Below are positions 49,677 through 60,115 of a stretch of 64,000 bases of DNA, piece by piece (position 1 is the first letter of the stretch; each line of letters begins with the position of its first letter). The DNA is taken from positions 983 through 64,982 of the forward strand of contig JBEMAY010000002.1 of NCBI GenBank assembly GCA_040274765.1. Direction: 5' to 3'. The notes under the pieces were generated by a model that saw only the letters and a program-made list of their open reading frames with translations, was not told the DNA's origin and searched no databases. This DNA is from Psychrobacillus sp. GTDB lineage: Bacteria; Bacillota; Bacilli; Bacillales_A; Planococcaceae. Both the position numbers and the translations under genes were made by a program.

Positions 49677-50738
49677 TTAATAAGAAAACGGCCAAAGCTT
49701 AAAGTATTTTTTGAAGTTAAGCCAAATATGCGCTAGCCCCCCTGGTTCAAAAATTAAAAATAATATAATGACAGCTCCAAATACAAAGTCTTTAAACGCT
49801 GAAAACAACTGATAGAATTCTGGCATAAATGCTGCTAACACATCAACGAAGGAACTAAGCAGAACAGGTAACAATGTGATAAAAGCAGCTCCTAAAATAG
49901 AACCAAAAACACTTCCTAAGCCACCAATCAAAATCATGGCAAGGTACTCAATAGATACATGAAAATTGTAAAGCTCTGGGCTTACAATCATTGTGTAATG
50001 TGCTAGTAACGCTCCAGCTATACCTACAAAAAATGAGCTAATAACGAATGCCATCACCTTATATTTAAACAAATTAATCCCCATTATTTGGGCAGCTATA
50101 TCTCTATCTCGGACAGCTAAAAAAGCCCGTCCTGTTCTTGTTCTCAAAAGGTTAGTAGCATATAAGACTGTGAGTAACAGAATAATGACACATAAATAGT
50201 AATATTGTGTATTGCTCGTTAAGGAAACGTCCCCAACCTTTGGACGGTTCAGGACCATTCCGGCAGTCCCCCCTGTCAAACTATCCCACCGGCTAATAAC
50301 AAATAAAATAATGACTTGTGCTGCTAAAGTGGCGATTGCCAAATATAATCCTTTCAATCGCAGGGAAGGAACTCCAAATAGCCCTCCTATTAAAGCCGTT
50401 ATAATACCGGCCAACGGTAAAGAAATCCAGAAGCTTAACCCATAGGTGGAAGTAAGAATTGCCGAAGTATATCCACCTACACCGAGAAAGGCGCCAACCC
50501 CTATCGATATTTGCCCGGTAAAACCCGTCAATATATTAAGGCCGATTGCTCCAATAGCTGAAATAGAACAAAGGGTAAGAAGGCCAATCCAATAATTAGT
50601 AGTAACTAGCGGCAGCAAGAGGACCATGGCTACTATTAACAAACCTTTAATCTTGCCAGAGGTTGTTCCAAACATTTTTGCATCATCTAAATAAGAGATC
50701 TTATAATTTCCACTTTCTCTAACAAACAGATTCCTCAT
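49677..50738 (-). CDS. Liv-type ABC permease (LivM-like)
   Basis: GLNILTGFTGQISIG, LRLKGLYLAIATLA; start set at ATG 50738. Confidence 0.9.
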   Translation of the reverse strand: MRNLFVRESGNYKISYLDDAKMFGTTSGKIKGLLIVAMVLLLPLVTTNYWIGLLTLCSISAIGAIGLNILTGFTGQISIGVGAFLGVGGYTSAILTSTYGLSFWISLPLAGIITALIGGLFGVPSLRLKGLYLAIATLAAQVIILFVISRWDSLTGGTAGMVLNRPKVGDVSLTSNTQYYYLCVIILLLTVLYATNLLRTRTGRAFLAVRDRDIAAQIMGINLFKYKVMAFVISSFFVGIAGALLAHYTMIVSPELYNFHVSIEYLAMILIGGLGSVFGSILGAAFITLLPVLLSSFVDVLAAFMPEFYQLFSAFKDFVFGAVIILFLIFEPGGLAHIWLNFKKYFKLWPFSY

Positions 50739-50742
50739 AGGT

Positions 50743-51627
50743 TCACACCCTCTCAATTGTTCTACTACCAAATAGTCCGTATGGTTTTAACATTAAGATG
50801 AGTAAAACCACTATGAATGGAACAACCTCCTTTAAGCCTCCTCCAACAAGTGGATCTATATATCCCCCCGCCATGTTTTGGAGAACACCAATTATAAATC
50901 CGCCTACAATTGCTCCAAGAACACTATCCAATCCCCCTAAAATTACGACTGGCAGTACAGTCAAACCAATTGCAGACATAGTAGGACTCAAGCCATTGAT
51001 ATTACCTAGCAGTATTCCACCAACCGCTGCTACAACAGCAGCTATCGTCCACGTTGCAGCATAGACATACTTCACGCTAATCCCCATAGACATGGCAGCC
51101 TGACGATCATCCGCTACTGCACGCATAGCTATCCCCATCTTTGAAAATTTAAATAACAGTAAGAATAATGTGAGTAGTATTAGGACAATTACGAACGACC
51201 ATAGATACACTGGACTAATAATAATGCCCGATATATTAATAGGTGTCGTCGGGAAAATTTTTGGAAACATTCTTGTCTGATGCCCCCAAATCATATGAAC
51301 GGCTCCTCCAAGCAAGCTAGACAGTCCGATGGTCGCCATAATAACAGATACAACCGGTGCGTTTTGGATAGGTCTAATAACTAATCTTTCTACGATTAAC
51401 CCTAAAATGGCACTGAATATAAGGGTTATTAACAAGGCAATAAAGAAAGGAATACGGTAAGCGGTCATCAAGACTAAACAAATATAAGGACCAACGATAA
51501 CAAACTCTCCATTCGCTAGATTCAGTGCACCACTCGCCCTATAAATCAATACAAATCCCAATGCCACAAGACCATAGATACTACCTACAACTACGCCTGT
51601 GACAAGCATTTGAAGAAAGAATGTCAT
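50743..51627 (-). CDS. Liv-type ABC permease (LivH-like)
   Basis: GSIYGLVALGFVLIY, AMRAVAD, LKPYGLFG. Confidence 0.9.
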   Translation of the reverse strand: MTFFLQMLVTGVVVGSIYGLVALGFVLIYRASGALNLANGEFVIVGPYICLVLMTAYRIPFFIALLITLIFSAILGLIVERLVIRPIQNAPVVSVIMATIGLSSLLGGAVHMIWGHQTRMFPKIFPTTPINISGIIISPVYLWSFVIVLILLTLFLLLFKFSKMGIAMRAVADDRQAAMSMGISVKYVYAATWTIAAVVAAVGGILLGNINGLSPTMSAIGLTVLPVVILGGLDSVLGAIVGGFIIGVLQNMAGGYIDPLVGGGLKEVVPFIVVLLILMLKPYGLFGSRTIERV

Positions 51628-53501
51628 AACGTCACCTCCTGCTCTCTATTTAGTTGAACCACTCTTACGTTATCCATCTCACCCATCCCCACAGGAATAC
51701 TTTCTTTTTCTGTATACATCCCATCTATTAATATTCTGTAACGATCCTCAATGAACTTTCTTCTTATTTTGTAAGTTCTCGTGAGCTCTCCTTCTTCAAT
51801 TGAAAATGGTCTGTGTATAAGAGTGAATTTTTCTACCCTTGCAAAGGAAGGGAAATCTTCCATTAGCAATGACACCTGTTTTTCCAAAAACTCTATTACT
51901 TTTGCGTTTCTCGCTAGATCGCCATAGTCTGTGTAAGCAATTCTTTGTTTATCTGCCCATCTCCCTATACTATTCCAGTTCATGTTAATCATCGCAGTAA
52001 TATAGGGTTTATCTCGTCCAAAGCAAACTGCCTCCACAATATAAGGGCTTGACTTTAGTTTGTTTTCTATCAATCTTGGATAAATAACTTGGTTATTTTC
52101 GGAAACGATTATATCCTCTATTCGATCCAATACGTATAAATGACCATCGTCCTCCAGGTGACCGCAATCACCTAACGATATCCACCCATCCCTTCCTTGT
52201 GTACTCTCTCCATCTACATACCTTGTAGAAACTGCTGAATTTTTAATATATACTGCACCATCCTCACCAATTTTAGCTTGCGTATTAGGTAATGCTTTTC
52301 CGGAACTCCCAGCTCTCACCTCTTTGTCTCTTTGCACAAACGCTATACCAGCCACCTCAGTCCCTCCGTAGGTTTGTTTTAGATTCACTCCAATACCGTG
52401 GTAAAAATAAAACGCTTCTGGATGCAAGGCCGCTCCTGCAACATACGCCCTTTTAACTCTAGCTAGCCCCAAATGATCGCGGATGGCACTAAAGACAATA
52501 ATGTCTCCTAATAGATACATTGCTTTATCTACAAAATGAATTGGCTCATGGTTCAACTCTGCAAAGGCAACCTTGTCGCCATATTTCTTAAAGAAATGGT
52601 AAATGCCTTTTTTAAATCTACTCGCCCCTTCTATTCTGCTTGTAAAGCTAGACATGATAGATTGATAGACTCTTGGTGGAGCTAACAAAGTATGGGGGCC
52701 AATTTCCCGCAAATCCCCTAAAACTGTATGGGCACGCTCTGGGAAGTTAACAACCACCCCTTTAATTAATGGAGTTACTATCCCTAAAATTTGTTCATGT
52801 ATCCAAGCAAAAGGTAAAAAAGAAAAATAATCATCCTTCGTTTTAACATGATCAATTTTAAGCAGTCCTACCGCTGCATCAATAAGATTAGCGTGAGTTA
52901 GCAGGACACCCTTAGGAACCCCCGAGGTAGCTGCACTATAAGCGATAATTGCAGGATCATCCCCTTGAACATCTTCTGTTTGTTCAGCTGAAAATTTTCC
53001 CTTGTCACGCAACAACAATATACCGTCTGTCAGCAGCTCATCCATGTGCACTAGTTTTGGATGCTTATATCCCCTCATCCCTTGCTTATCTAAAAAAATA
53101 ATTTGCTCAATCAATGGTATTTGCTCTTCAATCTCCAACAGTTTGTCTACTTGCTCTCGGCCATCTACCACAACTATTCGAGCACGGCAGTCGTTTAGGT
53201 AAAATGTAATCTGTTCGGGTAATGATTCTGGATAAATTCCAACCGTTATCCCACCTAAACTTTGTGCAGCAAGTTGAGCGTAAACCCACTCTTGTCGATT
53301 GTCCGCTATTATAGCAAGTCTTTCTCCCTTAAAAAAATCAAAATATTCAGATAAAACAACAGATAGTTGGTTTACTTTTTTGCTATATTCCCCCCAAGTG
53401 ACTTCATGCCAAATTCCCAGCTGTTTTTGCCTAAGAGCAACCTCTTGCTCATGATTAGCAGTTCTTTCCGCTAAAAGAGTGGGTAATGTTTTGTGTTCCA
53501 T
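51624..53501 (-). CDS. Long-chain acyl-CoA synthetase-like AMP-binding protein
   Basis: ALRQKQLGIW, YSAATSGVPKG (variant P-loop), TYGGTE, IENKLKSSPYI, GELTRTYKIRR. Confidence 0.8.
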   Translation of the reverse strand: MEHKTLPTLLAERTANHEQEVALRQKQLGIWHEVTWGEYSKKVNQLSVVLSEYFDFFKGERLAIIADNRQEWVYAQLAAQSLGGITVGIYPESLPEQITFYLNDCRARIVVVDGREQVDKLLEIEEQIPLIEQIIFLDKQGMRGYKHPKLVHMDELLTDGILLLRDKGKFSAEQTEDVQGDDPAIIAYSAATSGVPKGVLLTHANLIDAAVGLLKIDHVKTKDDYFSFLPFAWIHEQILGIVTPLIKGVVVNFPERAHTVLGDLREIGPHTLLAPPRVYQSIMSSFTSRIEGASRFKKGIYHFFKKYGDKVAFAELNHEPIHFVDKAMYLLGDIIVFSAIRDHLGLARVKRAYVAGAALHPEAFYFYHGIGVNLKQTYGGTEVAGIAFVQRDKEVRAGSSGKALPNTQAKIGEDGAVYIKNSAVSTRYVDGESTQGRDGWISLGDCGHLEDDGHLYVLDRIEDIIVSENNQVIYPRLIENKLKSSPYIVEAVCFGRDKPYITAMINMNWNSIGRWADKQRIAYTDYGDLARNAKVIEFLEKQVSLLMEDFPSFARVEKFTLIHRPFSIEEGELTRTYKIRRKFIEDRYRILIDGMYTEKESIPVGMGEMDNVRVVQLNREQEVTL

Positions 53502-53516
53502 CCTGATTTCCCCTTT

Positions 53517-54293
53517 CTAAATAACGGTTTCTTCCCCAATGTAGGCTTTAATAACAGTTGGATTTTCTTGAATTTCTCCTGGGGTTCCAAAACCAATAAG
53601 TCTTCCAAAATCTAGTACAGCTATGTGATTCGATAGCTCCATAACAACCCCTAAATCATGCTCGATTAATACTACTGTCATATTCATCCTCTCATGCATC
53701 TCCAATATAAAATGAGACATCTCATCTTTTTCCCCTTTGTTCATTCCAGCCATCGGTTCATCAAGTAGAATAAGATCCGGGTTTAATGCCAGTGCTCTCC
53801 CTACCTCCACCCTCTTCTGTAAACCGTAAGGCAACGTACCAACCGGAATATGTCTGATCTCTTGTAGCTCCAAAAATTCAATTACCTCTTCTACTTTATG
53901 TCTATGAGCAATTTCTTCTTTAGCAGCTTTCCCAACATACATCCCCCCGCTTATGGGACCAGAATTCATCAACGTATGTCTTCCAAGCTTTAAGTTGTCG
54001 AGTACAGACATATGGGCAAACAATGCTATATTTTGAAATGCACGAGCAATTCCTAACGCTGTTCGATTGTAGGGCTTCATGCTTATAATTTCTTGTCCTT
54101 TATACAAAATAGAACCACTAGAGGGATGATAGAGACCACTGATACAATTCAACATACTAGTTTTTCCAGCTCCATTAGGACCTATTAGTGAAAAAATTTC
54201 CCCTTTGTTAATATGGTAGCTGACATCTTCTAGTGCTTTTACCCCTCCAAATTGTAAAGAGACATTTTTAATCTCTAATATAGGCTCCATCAT
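53517..54293 (-). CDS. Liv-type ABC ATPase (LivG-like)
   Basis: GPNGAGKT, LPYGLQKRVE, LLDEPMAG, IEHD. Confidence 0.9.
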   Translation of the reverse strand: MMEPILEIKNVSLQFGGVKALEDVSYHINKGEIFSLIGPNGAGKTSMLNCISGLYHPSSGSILYKGQEIISMKPYNRTALGIARAFQNIALFAHMSVLDNLKLGRHTLMNSGPISGGMYVGKAAKEEIAHRHKVEEVIEFLELQEIRHIPVGTLPYGLQKRVEVGRALALNPDLILLDEPMAGMNKGEKDEMSHFILEMHERMNMTVVLIEHDLGVVMELSNHIAVLDFGRLIGFGTPGEIQENPTVIKAYIGEETVI

Positions 54294-54309
54294 GGATTCC
54301 CCCTTTTAT

Positions 54310-54323
54310 TTAAAGCGTTTACA
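54310..54323 (-). promoter_or_regulatory. cre-like site
   Basis: Minus strand TGTAAACGCTTTAA directly upstream of the RBS of the Liv/ligase operon. Confidence 0.5.
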
Positions 54324-54468
54324 TATAAGCTTTTGTTGAATATTACTTTACATTCAATAACTTTGTCAATGAGTTTTATGCGACTTTTTTCCTAATATTT
54401 TGTCGGTAAATGTATGATATTGTTGAAACAAAAACGTCCTAGTTAATTCCTTTTCTCATATCAAAAAG

Positions 54469-54502
54469 AAAACCTTCTATAGATAGCTCCATAGAAGGTT
54501 TT
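54469..54502 (-). terminator. Probable terminator downstream of nupC
   Basis: AAAACCTTCTAT-N10-ATAGAAGGTTTT, followed by a T-rich tail on the minus strand. Confidence 0.65.
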
Positions 54503-54644
54503 AGTAAATTCATTATTCGACATATAATTTTTATTTAAATCATTTTTATAACCGAACACTTTCAGCCGGCTGTCCTCTGTCGGATGAGTTATTAAGTAAT
54601 CTGCTCCGTTTAATAATGGTGCAACCTCGATTTTATTTCTCTTC

Positions 54645-55856
54645 TTACAAAAACATTCCTGCTATTGCAGCACTTAGTAAGGATGCAAGTGCCCCAGCAA
54701 TTACAGCCTTAAATCCTAATCGCGCAATGTCAGGTCTACGATTTGGAGCTAGGGATCCTAGTCCACCTAACAATATTGCCATTGAGCTTAAATTTGCAAA
54801 ACCACATAATGCAAAGCTCACGACAAGATTGGTTTTAGCAGAAAGGTTCCCCATATCATCTGTAAAAGCCTTATAAGCAACAAATTCATTCAAAACTAGC
54901 TTTTGACCAATGAAGGATCCCGCCGCTACTGCTTCTGACCAAGGTACTCCTATTGCAAAAGCCAATGGAGAGAATATGAAGCCTAATATTCCTTCTATCG
55001 TTATCTCACCATAGCCAAAGAGCCCTCCAATCCCTCCAATCAAACCATTCAAAAGAGCAATTAAGGCGATGAATGCCAATAACATAGCTCCTACATTTAC
55101 TGCAAGCTTCATCCCGTCTGCGGCACCTCTTGCAGCAGCATCAATTACATTGACGTTTGAATCATCTTTTTCCATCTTGAAATCGGTGTCTTCCACAGTT
55201 TCCGTCTCAGGAAACATTAGCTTAGCCATGATCAAACCTGCTGGCGCAGCCATGAAGCTAGCGGCAAGTAAATATTCCAGTGGCACCCCTAACAAAGAAT
55301 ATCCTACTAAAATGGATCCTGAAACCGATGCAAGTCCACCTGTCATTACAGCAAAAAGCTCTGAGTTAGTCATCTTTGCAATGAAAGGGCGAACAACTAG
55401 AGGAGCCTCTGTTTGTCCCACAAAAATGTTTGCTGCAGCAGATACGGATTCTGCCCTACTAGTTCCTAAAAGCTTGGAAAGTCCTCCTCCAATAATCTTT
55501 ATAAAGAATTGCATGATGCCCAAATAATACAAAACTGAAATTAAAGCTGAGAAGAAAATGATGATAGTTAACACCTGTATAACAAAGATACTCCCAAACT
55601 CATCCACATCAGATAATGAGCCAAATAAGAAAGATATCCCCTCATTGGCATACCCAGTTAAATTTTGAACTCCTTCGGAAAGCCCTAGTAATGCCCACCG
55701 TCCCACATCCCACTTCAATACCATAAATGCAAATGCAATCTGTATAGCTAAACCAATCAGTATGGTTCGTAAATTTATCGACTTTTTAGCATTGGAAAGG
55801 AGAAAAGCAATCCCTATAACAACAAAAACTCCACCTATTCCCCATAATATATTCAT
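54645..55856 (-). CDS. nupC: CNT-family Na+/nucleoside symporter
   Basis: [32 protein letters not shown]. Confidence 0.92.
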   Translation of the reverse strand: MNILWGIGGVFVVIGIAFLLSNAKKSINLRTILIGLAIQIAFAFMVLKWDVGRWALLGLSEGVQNLTGYANEGISFLFGSLSDVDEFGSIFVIQVLTIIIFFSALISVLYYLGIMQFFIKIIGGGLSKLLGTSRAESVSAAANIFVGQTEAPLVVRPFIAKMTNSELFAVMTGGLASVSGSILVGYSLLGVPLEYLLAASFMAAPAGLIMAKLMFPETETVEDTDFKMEKDDSNVNVIDAAARGAADGMKLAVNVGAMLLAFIALIALLNGLIGGIGGLFGYGEITIEGILGFIFSPLAFAIGVPWSEAVAAGSFIGQKLVLNEFVAYKAFTDDMGNLSAKTNLVVSFALCGFANLSSMAILLGGLGSLAPNRRPDIARLGFKAVIAGALASLLSAAIAGMFL

Positions 55857-56049
55857 TAAAGCACCTTCTTTTTTAGTGTATGGTAAACAACAATAAAGAG
55901 AGAGTAAATTTCAGACACCTGCTTTAATAACAAGTTATTGTTTTTACTTGTAGTCTCCTAATTGCCTCCATATTATATCTTTACCTATTCCCTATATTCT
56001 TCTCAGGAAACGAAAAGTTTTAATCATTCTAATTAGATCTGGTGCAACT

Positions 56050-56087
56050 AAAAAAATCGAAATCTCTTTTGGAGATTTCGATTTTTT
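56050..56087 (-). terminator. Terminator downstream of ykuI
   Basis: AAAAAATCGAAATCTC-ttttg-GAGATTTCGATTTTTT. Confidence 0.8.
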
Positions 56088-56146
56088 GGTTTATTCTATT
56101 CTCTAACACATTTAGCTACATTATTATTGAAAGAAAAGTGGCGCGT

Positions 56147-57352
56147 TCATCTGAAGATATTCTTTTTAAATAAATAGTCATAGGAGATATCGATAAACAT
56201 ATATTCACTTTCATTAATCGGTACAGAGAAGGTTCTTATCATGTCTCCCGTTTCAATATCACTATACATATCGGAAAATACACCACTTTGATCATTTCTC
56301 ATTTTGATAATGGTTTTTAGGAAATATGGGCGCCAGCTCCAGTTTTTATTAATAGCATCTTCTTGAATCTCCCAATTTGAATCGATTCGAACAATATTGG
56401 GCGAGGTCTGGAAGCCTTCCTCGTCACAGATATACAGACGGAACGCGTATTCACTCAGATCTTCCGCAAGCTTCAATAACTCTCCCACATCATCATGAGA
56501 TGATTTAATCACGTGGACTTTTTTCTCAAGATTTACTTGTAGTTCCTTCAATGCCTTGTAATTCTCTTCTAATATACGTTTTTCTGTTGCAATGAATTGG
56601 CGGCATCTATCCTTAAAGCTTTTCTTTAGTTGATTTCGCGGGATTAAACCAGTACCTTCTTCAGCTAAATATTTTCCTTGATAGTATCGACCACTGTTTT
56701 TCCAAGCAAATTGAAGCTGGTGAACTGTATCAATACCTTCAAAAAGCATGTTCGCTCCAATTTTACGCGCCGATGAACTAAGCGACGTAAAAAGATCATT
56801 TTGAGCTCCCCAAGATTCATAGCTTAACTGCTCGATATTTACCTTAAGGATATTAGGTGCTAGCATTTGAATATAATCGAGATGACTTTCAGATCCTAGT
56901 TGGTTAATCGCTATTTTTATGCCATAGGTTTTAAAGTAGCGTATGATGTTATTTAATTGGTGAAAATCACCTTTAAAGTTATGTTCCGAAATTACTATAA
57001 CAATTCGAGAAAGCTCTTCCTCGGGAATAAATTCCTTTATAATGTCAAAAAAACCTTCACCATAATCCAGCACGAGCAAATTAGCATTGCAGGGAAGATA
57101 TATATCAAAGTTTTTTGGTTGCTCTATAAGCTGCCCCAAGGCAATTTTTATAATTTTTTGTTCAACCTCTACTCTGTATTCCTCTGGTATCTCTTCATCA
57201 TAAGCAAACGCACTTAAGTTTATAAGCCAATCATCATGCAGTAATTTTCCAGAAACCTCATAGGCGACGACAATATGCTCGTCTGCACTAAAAATAGGTT
57301 GAAAATATACTTGCAAGTTATCTAAGTTCGTTAGAATATCGATTGCATCCAT
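56147..57352 (-). CDS. ykuI: YkuI-type EAL-domain protein (EAL + YkuI_C)
   Basis: YFQPIFSADEH, ARKIGA, FAWKNSGRYYQG, YICDEEGFQ, NWSWRPYFL. Confidence 0.88.
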   Translation of the reverse strand: MDAIDILTNLDNLQVYFQPIFSADEHIVVAYEVSGKLLHDDWLINLSAFAYDEEIPEEYRVEVEQKIIKIALGQLIEQPKNFDIYLPCNANLLVLDYGEGFFDIIKEFIPEEELSRIVIVISEHNFKGDFHQLNNIIRYFKTYGIKIAINQLGSESHLDYIQMLAPNILKVNIEQLSYESWGAQNDLFTSLSSSARKIGANMLFEGIDTVHQLQFAWKNSGRYYQGKYLAEEGTGLIPRNQLKKSFKDRCRQFIATEKRILEENYKALKELQVNLEKKVHVIKSSHDDVGELLKLAEDLSEYAFRLYICDEEGFQTSPNIVRIDSNWEIQEDAINKNWSWRPYFLKTIIKMRNDQSGVFSDMYSDIETGDMIRTFSVPINESEYMFIDISYDYLFKKNIFR

Positions 57353-57447
57353 CCTGAACCCTCCTTACCTTTATATACATGATAAGTTGTAAAAAGGTAA
57401 TATGCAAATGGATATTTCGTATTTTTATACATAAAATTAATTATTTA

Positions 57448-58095
57448 TTAATATTGAAACTTAACTGTGACTCTAGCTATTATTGTAATTACACCTTGTT
57501 CAATGGGGGTCGCTCCTGTTGAGGATTCCAATAACATCGCTCTATATGGTACTATTGGACTTCCTTCTTTATCTTCCACTATCTCTATTGCTTGGGGAGA
57601 AACTGACAGTCTCATCGTTTCCGCTATTGTTTTTGACTTTAATTGTGCATTCGCTAAAGCTTTACTAAGAGCTCTTTGATAATAGACCTCTTCATCGTCT
57701 AAACGAAATTCAATAGAAGATATTCGATTGGCCCCATTCGCCACTGCTGTATCAATTACTTTTCCCACCATGCTGATATCAGGTACCTTTACCGAGATGG
57801 CATTCGTCACTTCATAACCTCTAAAGACCTGTTTGCCATCCACATAGTCGTAGCGTGGAAAAATGTTATATGCAGCTGTTTGTATATTTTCTCTTGGTAT
57901 ATCTAGCCCTATTATAGATTGAATGACCTGATTCATAATTGCTGCATTTCTTCGCTGGGCTTCCTCCACCTCGCTACCGTCCGTGGTAACTTCGATTTGT
58001 AACAACGCATAATTCGGTGGAACTGTAGTTGAGCCTTCTCCATTAACAGTGATCGTCCGAATGAGAGGACAAGGATGTAACGCATTTAAATACAT
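57448..58095 (-). CDS. SIMPL (DUF541) domain protein
   Basis: ITVNGEG, IQTAAYNIFPRYDY, AVANGANRI; start set at ATG 58095 after GGAAGGGG. Confidence 0.85.
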   Translation of the reverse strand: MYLNALHPCPLIRTITVNGEGSTTVPPNYALLQIEVTTDGSEVEEAQRRNAAIMNQVIQSIIGLDIPRENIQTAAYNIFPRYDYVDGKQVFRGYEVTNAISVKVPDISMVGKVIDTAVANGANRISSIEFRLDDEEVYYQRALSKALANAQLKSKTIAETMRLSVSPQAIEIVEDKEGSPIVPYRAMLLESSTGATPIEQGVITIIARVTVKFQY

Positions 58096-58167
58096 AAGAT
58101 CCCCTTCCATATTGCATATATAGATAGCATATGCTTGCCGGCCAAAAAACTTGTTTAAAATAATAAT

Positions 58168-58881
58168 TTAGGTATGAGAGCTGTCCAAAAATGTTTTTAC
58201 TATATTGGTGTAAATAGCAGGCTGATCTTCATGTACTAAATGTCCTGCAAAAGGTACAACTGCAACGTGAATATGCTTGTTTTCTTTCGGATAAATGGTT
58301 GCCCCTACAGTTTCATGGGCATTCGCTTCCCCTACTATGTAAAGAACAGGGAACTGAAAACGATACATAGCTAGCATCCCTTCAAATGGATACCAATCTT
58401 CTTTTTCACCTATATAAATAAATTTTTTCCAGTCAGATGAATGTAATGTATTAAAATAATTTGTGAACTCCTCGTTTGCTAGAAGCTGCTCCTGAACTTT
58501 TACATCATGCACATGTAACTCTAGCCAATTGACCGGTTTAACTGGCATGATACCCGAAACAGTAATCGTTTGAATCCTCTCCGGAAAAAGTCTTGCAAAG
58601 TGTACAGCCACAATTGCGCCTAGTGAACACCCTACCAAATGAACTTTTTCTAGTTCGTAATGGTTGATAGTTTCCAATAAGTCCTGGGCAGAATCCAAAA
58701 AGAAATTTTCAATGTCATTGGAAGCCGAATGACCGTGCGCCCTTAAATCTGGGGCAAACACTCGATAGCTGTCTTTGAAAAAATCCTGCTGATATTGAAA
58801 ATCTGTGTTTCCAGTTTGTAAGCCTGTATGCAAAAATAAGAGTGGCTCACCGTTCCCCTGAATAGATGTGTGTAAAATCAT
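58168..58881 (-). CDS. Alpha/beta fold hydrolase
   Basis: APDLRAHGHS, GCSLGA, AGHLVH. Confidence 0.85.
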   Translation of the reverse strand: MILHTSIQGNGEPLLFLHTGLQTGNTDFQYQQDFFKDSYRVFAPDLRAHGHSASNDIENFFLDSAQDLLETINHYELEKVHLVGCSLGAIVAVHFARLFPERIQTITVSGIMPVKPVNWLELHVHDVKVQEQLLANEEFTNYFNTLHSSDWKKFIYIGEKEDWYPFEGMLAMYRFQFPVLYIVGEANAHETVGATIYPKENKHIHVAVVPFAGHLVHEDQPAIYTNIVKTFLDSSHT

Positions 58882-59498
58882 TTAATCACCTCTTTTTCAT
58901 CATTGATATGATCAAGTCTATTCAAAAAATTTATGATACGCTTATCCTTTTTTATAGATAGTAAATGAATTCCAGTGTCTCCCGTAGTGAAAATATAGTC
59001 ACTTGTAACTGGTAATTGAAGAAATGCCTTGATAAGATTGGAGATCATACCACCGTGTGACACAATAGCTACTCTTTGATAATCCTTGTATTCTTCTATA
59101 ATTTTGTGAAGTATGTATTCCGCTCTGTAACGAAACTCTAGCTCTGATTCTCCAGCTTCAATGGGTAAATAGATTGGTCGCCCTTGTTCAGGTAGTGGGT
59201 ACTTTATAGCTGCCTCCCCTCTGGGAAGACCCGCAAGCACTCCGTTATTAAATTCCATTAAATCGGGTTCCTCATAAAACTCACAACCGATCATGCTATG
59301 AAGGATAGTAGCAGTACTCATGGCACGACTAAGGGTACTAGACAATATGACGTTTGGTGGAAAGTGAATATTCACGTAAGCAGCCATCTTACGCGCTTGT
59401 ACTATTCCTAACTCTGTTAAAGGAAAGTTTGCTCGACCTTCATGAACGCCTAACAAGTCTGCTTCTGATTCTCCATGTCTAATGATTAATAGTTCCAT
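58878..59498 (-). CDS. Histidine phosphatase (phosphoglycerate mutase family)
   Basis: IRHGES, SSTLSRA, GES, VSHGG. Confidence 0.9.
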   Translation of the reverse strand: MELLIIRHGESEADLLGVHEGRANFPLTELGIVQARKMAAYVNIHFPPNVILSSTLSRAMSTATILHSMIGCEFYEEPDLMEFNNGVLAGLPRGEAAIKYPLPEQGRPIYLPIEAGESELEFRYRAEYILHKIIEEYKDYQRVAIVSHGGMISNLIKAFLQLPVTSDYIFTTGDTGIHLLSIKKDKRIINFLNRLDHINDEKEVIK

Positions 59499-59612
59499 TC
59501 AACTCACTCCAATTACTGGTAACTTTTACATAAAATTATACCCGAACAGGGAGCTACGATGTATGAATATTAATCCTTTTTAGCTAAAGTTTTTAATCAT
59601 GAGGCATAGAAT

Positions 59613-59639
59613 GTTTATTTTGATTTATTTTCGGGGAAA
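59613..59639 (+). promoter_or_regulatory. SigB-type promoter
   Basis: GTTTAT-N15-GGGAAA upstream of a YdaT-like general stress gene. Confidence 0.5.
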
Positions 59640-59662
59640 TTCTAAGCAAGGAGGCGATCGAT

Positions 59663-60028
59663 ATGCCGTGGAGTAAAAACGATTATCCAGCTTCGATGAA
59701 GAATCTCGAGCCACACGTACGTGAAAAGGCGATTGAGATTGCTAATGCTTTATTAAGAGACAATACAGATGAAGGTAGGGCAATAGCAATTGCCACTGCA
59801 CAAGCCCGAGAAGCTGTTAACGGAGATAGCAGTAATCGACCGAGGTATGAAGTAAAGGCTCGGGAAAACGACTGGGTGCTACTTAAAGAGGATGGACAAC
59901 GAGCTATTTTCTCTGAGGAAACCAAGGCTACTTTATTAGAAAAGGCAAAGCCATACGTTAATGACCATAATGGAATTCTTTCTATTTATCAGGAAGATGG
60001 AGATTTAGATAGTACCTTATATGAATAG
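59663..60028 (+). CDS. YdaT-like / DUF2188 family protein
   Basis: MPWSKNDYPASMKNL...REKAIEIANALL...RAIAIA. Confidence 0.8.
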   Translation: MPWSKNDYPASMKNLEPHVREKAIEIANALLRDNTDEGRAIAIATAQAREAVNGDSSNRPRYEVKARENDWVLLKEDGQRAIFSEETKATLLEKAKPYVNDHNGILSIYQEDGDLDSTLYE

Positions 60029-60038
60029 GAAGAAAAAC

Positions 60039-60073
60039 AAAAAGAACTTCAAATGCTGATTGAAGTTCTTTTT
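60039..60073. terminator. Bidirectional terminator
   Basis: AAAAAGAACTTCAA-atgctga-TTGAAGTTCTTTTT. Confidence 0.8.
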
Positions 60074-60115
60074 GAGTTTCTCTCATATAGTTACATCCAT
60101 ATGATCCAAGTTCCG

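Noticed and set aside
54616-55527. Antisense ORFs 54616..54876 and 55069..55527, and similar short antisense ORFs across the window
   Set aside because: They lie opposite well-supported genes and are typical shadow ORFs.
55857-56040. Purine riboswitch upstream of nupC
   Set aside because: The conserved aptamer core (TATAAT...ATATGG...GTTTCTACC...CCGTAAA...GACTA) and an expression-platform terminator were not found on the minus strand.
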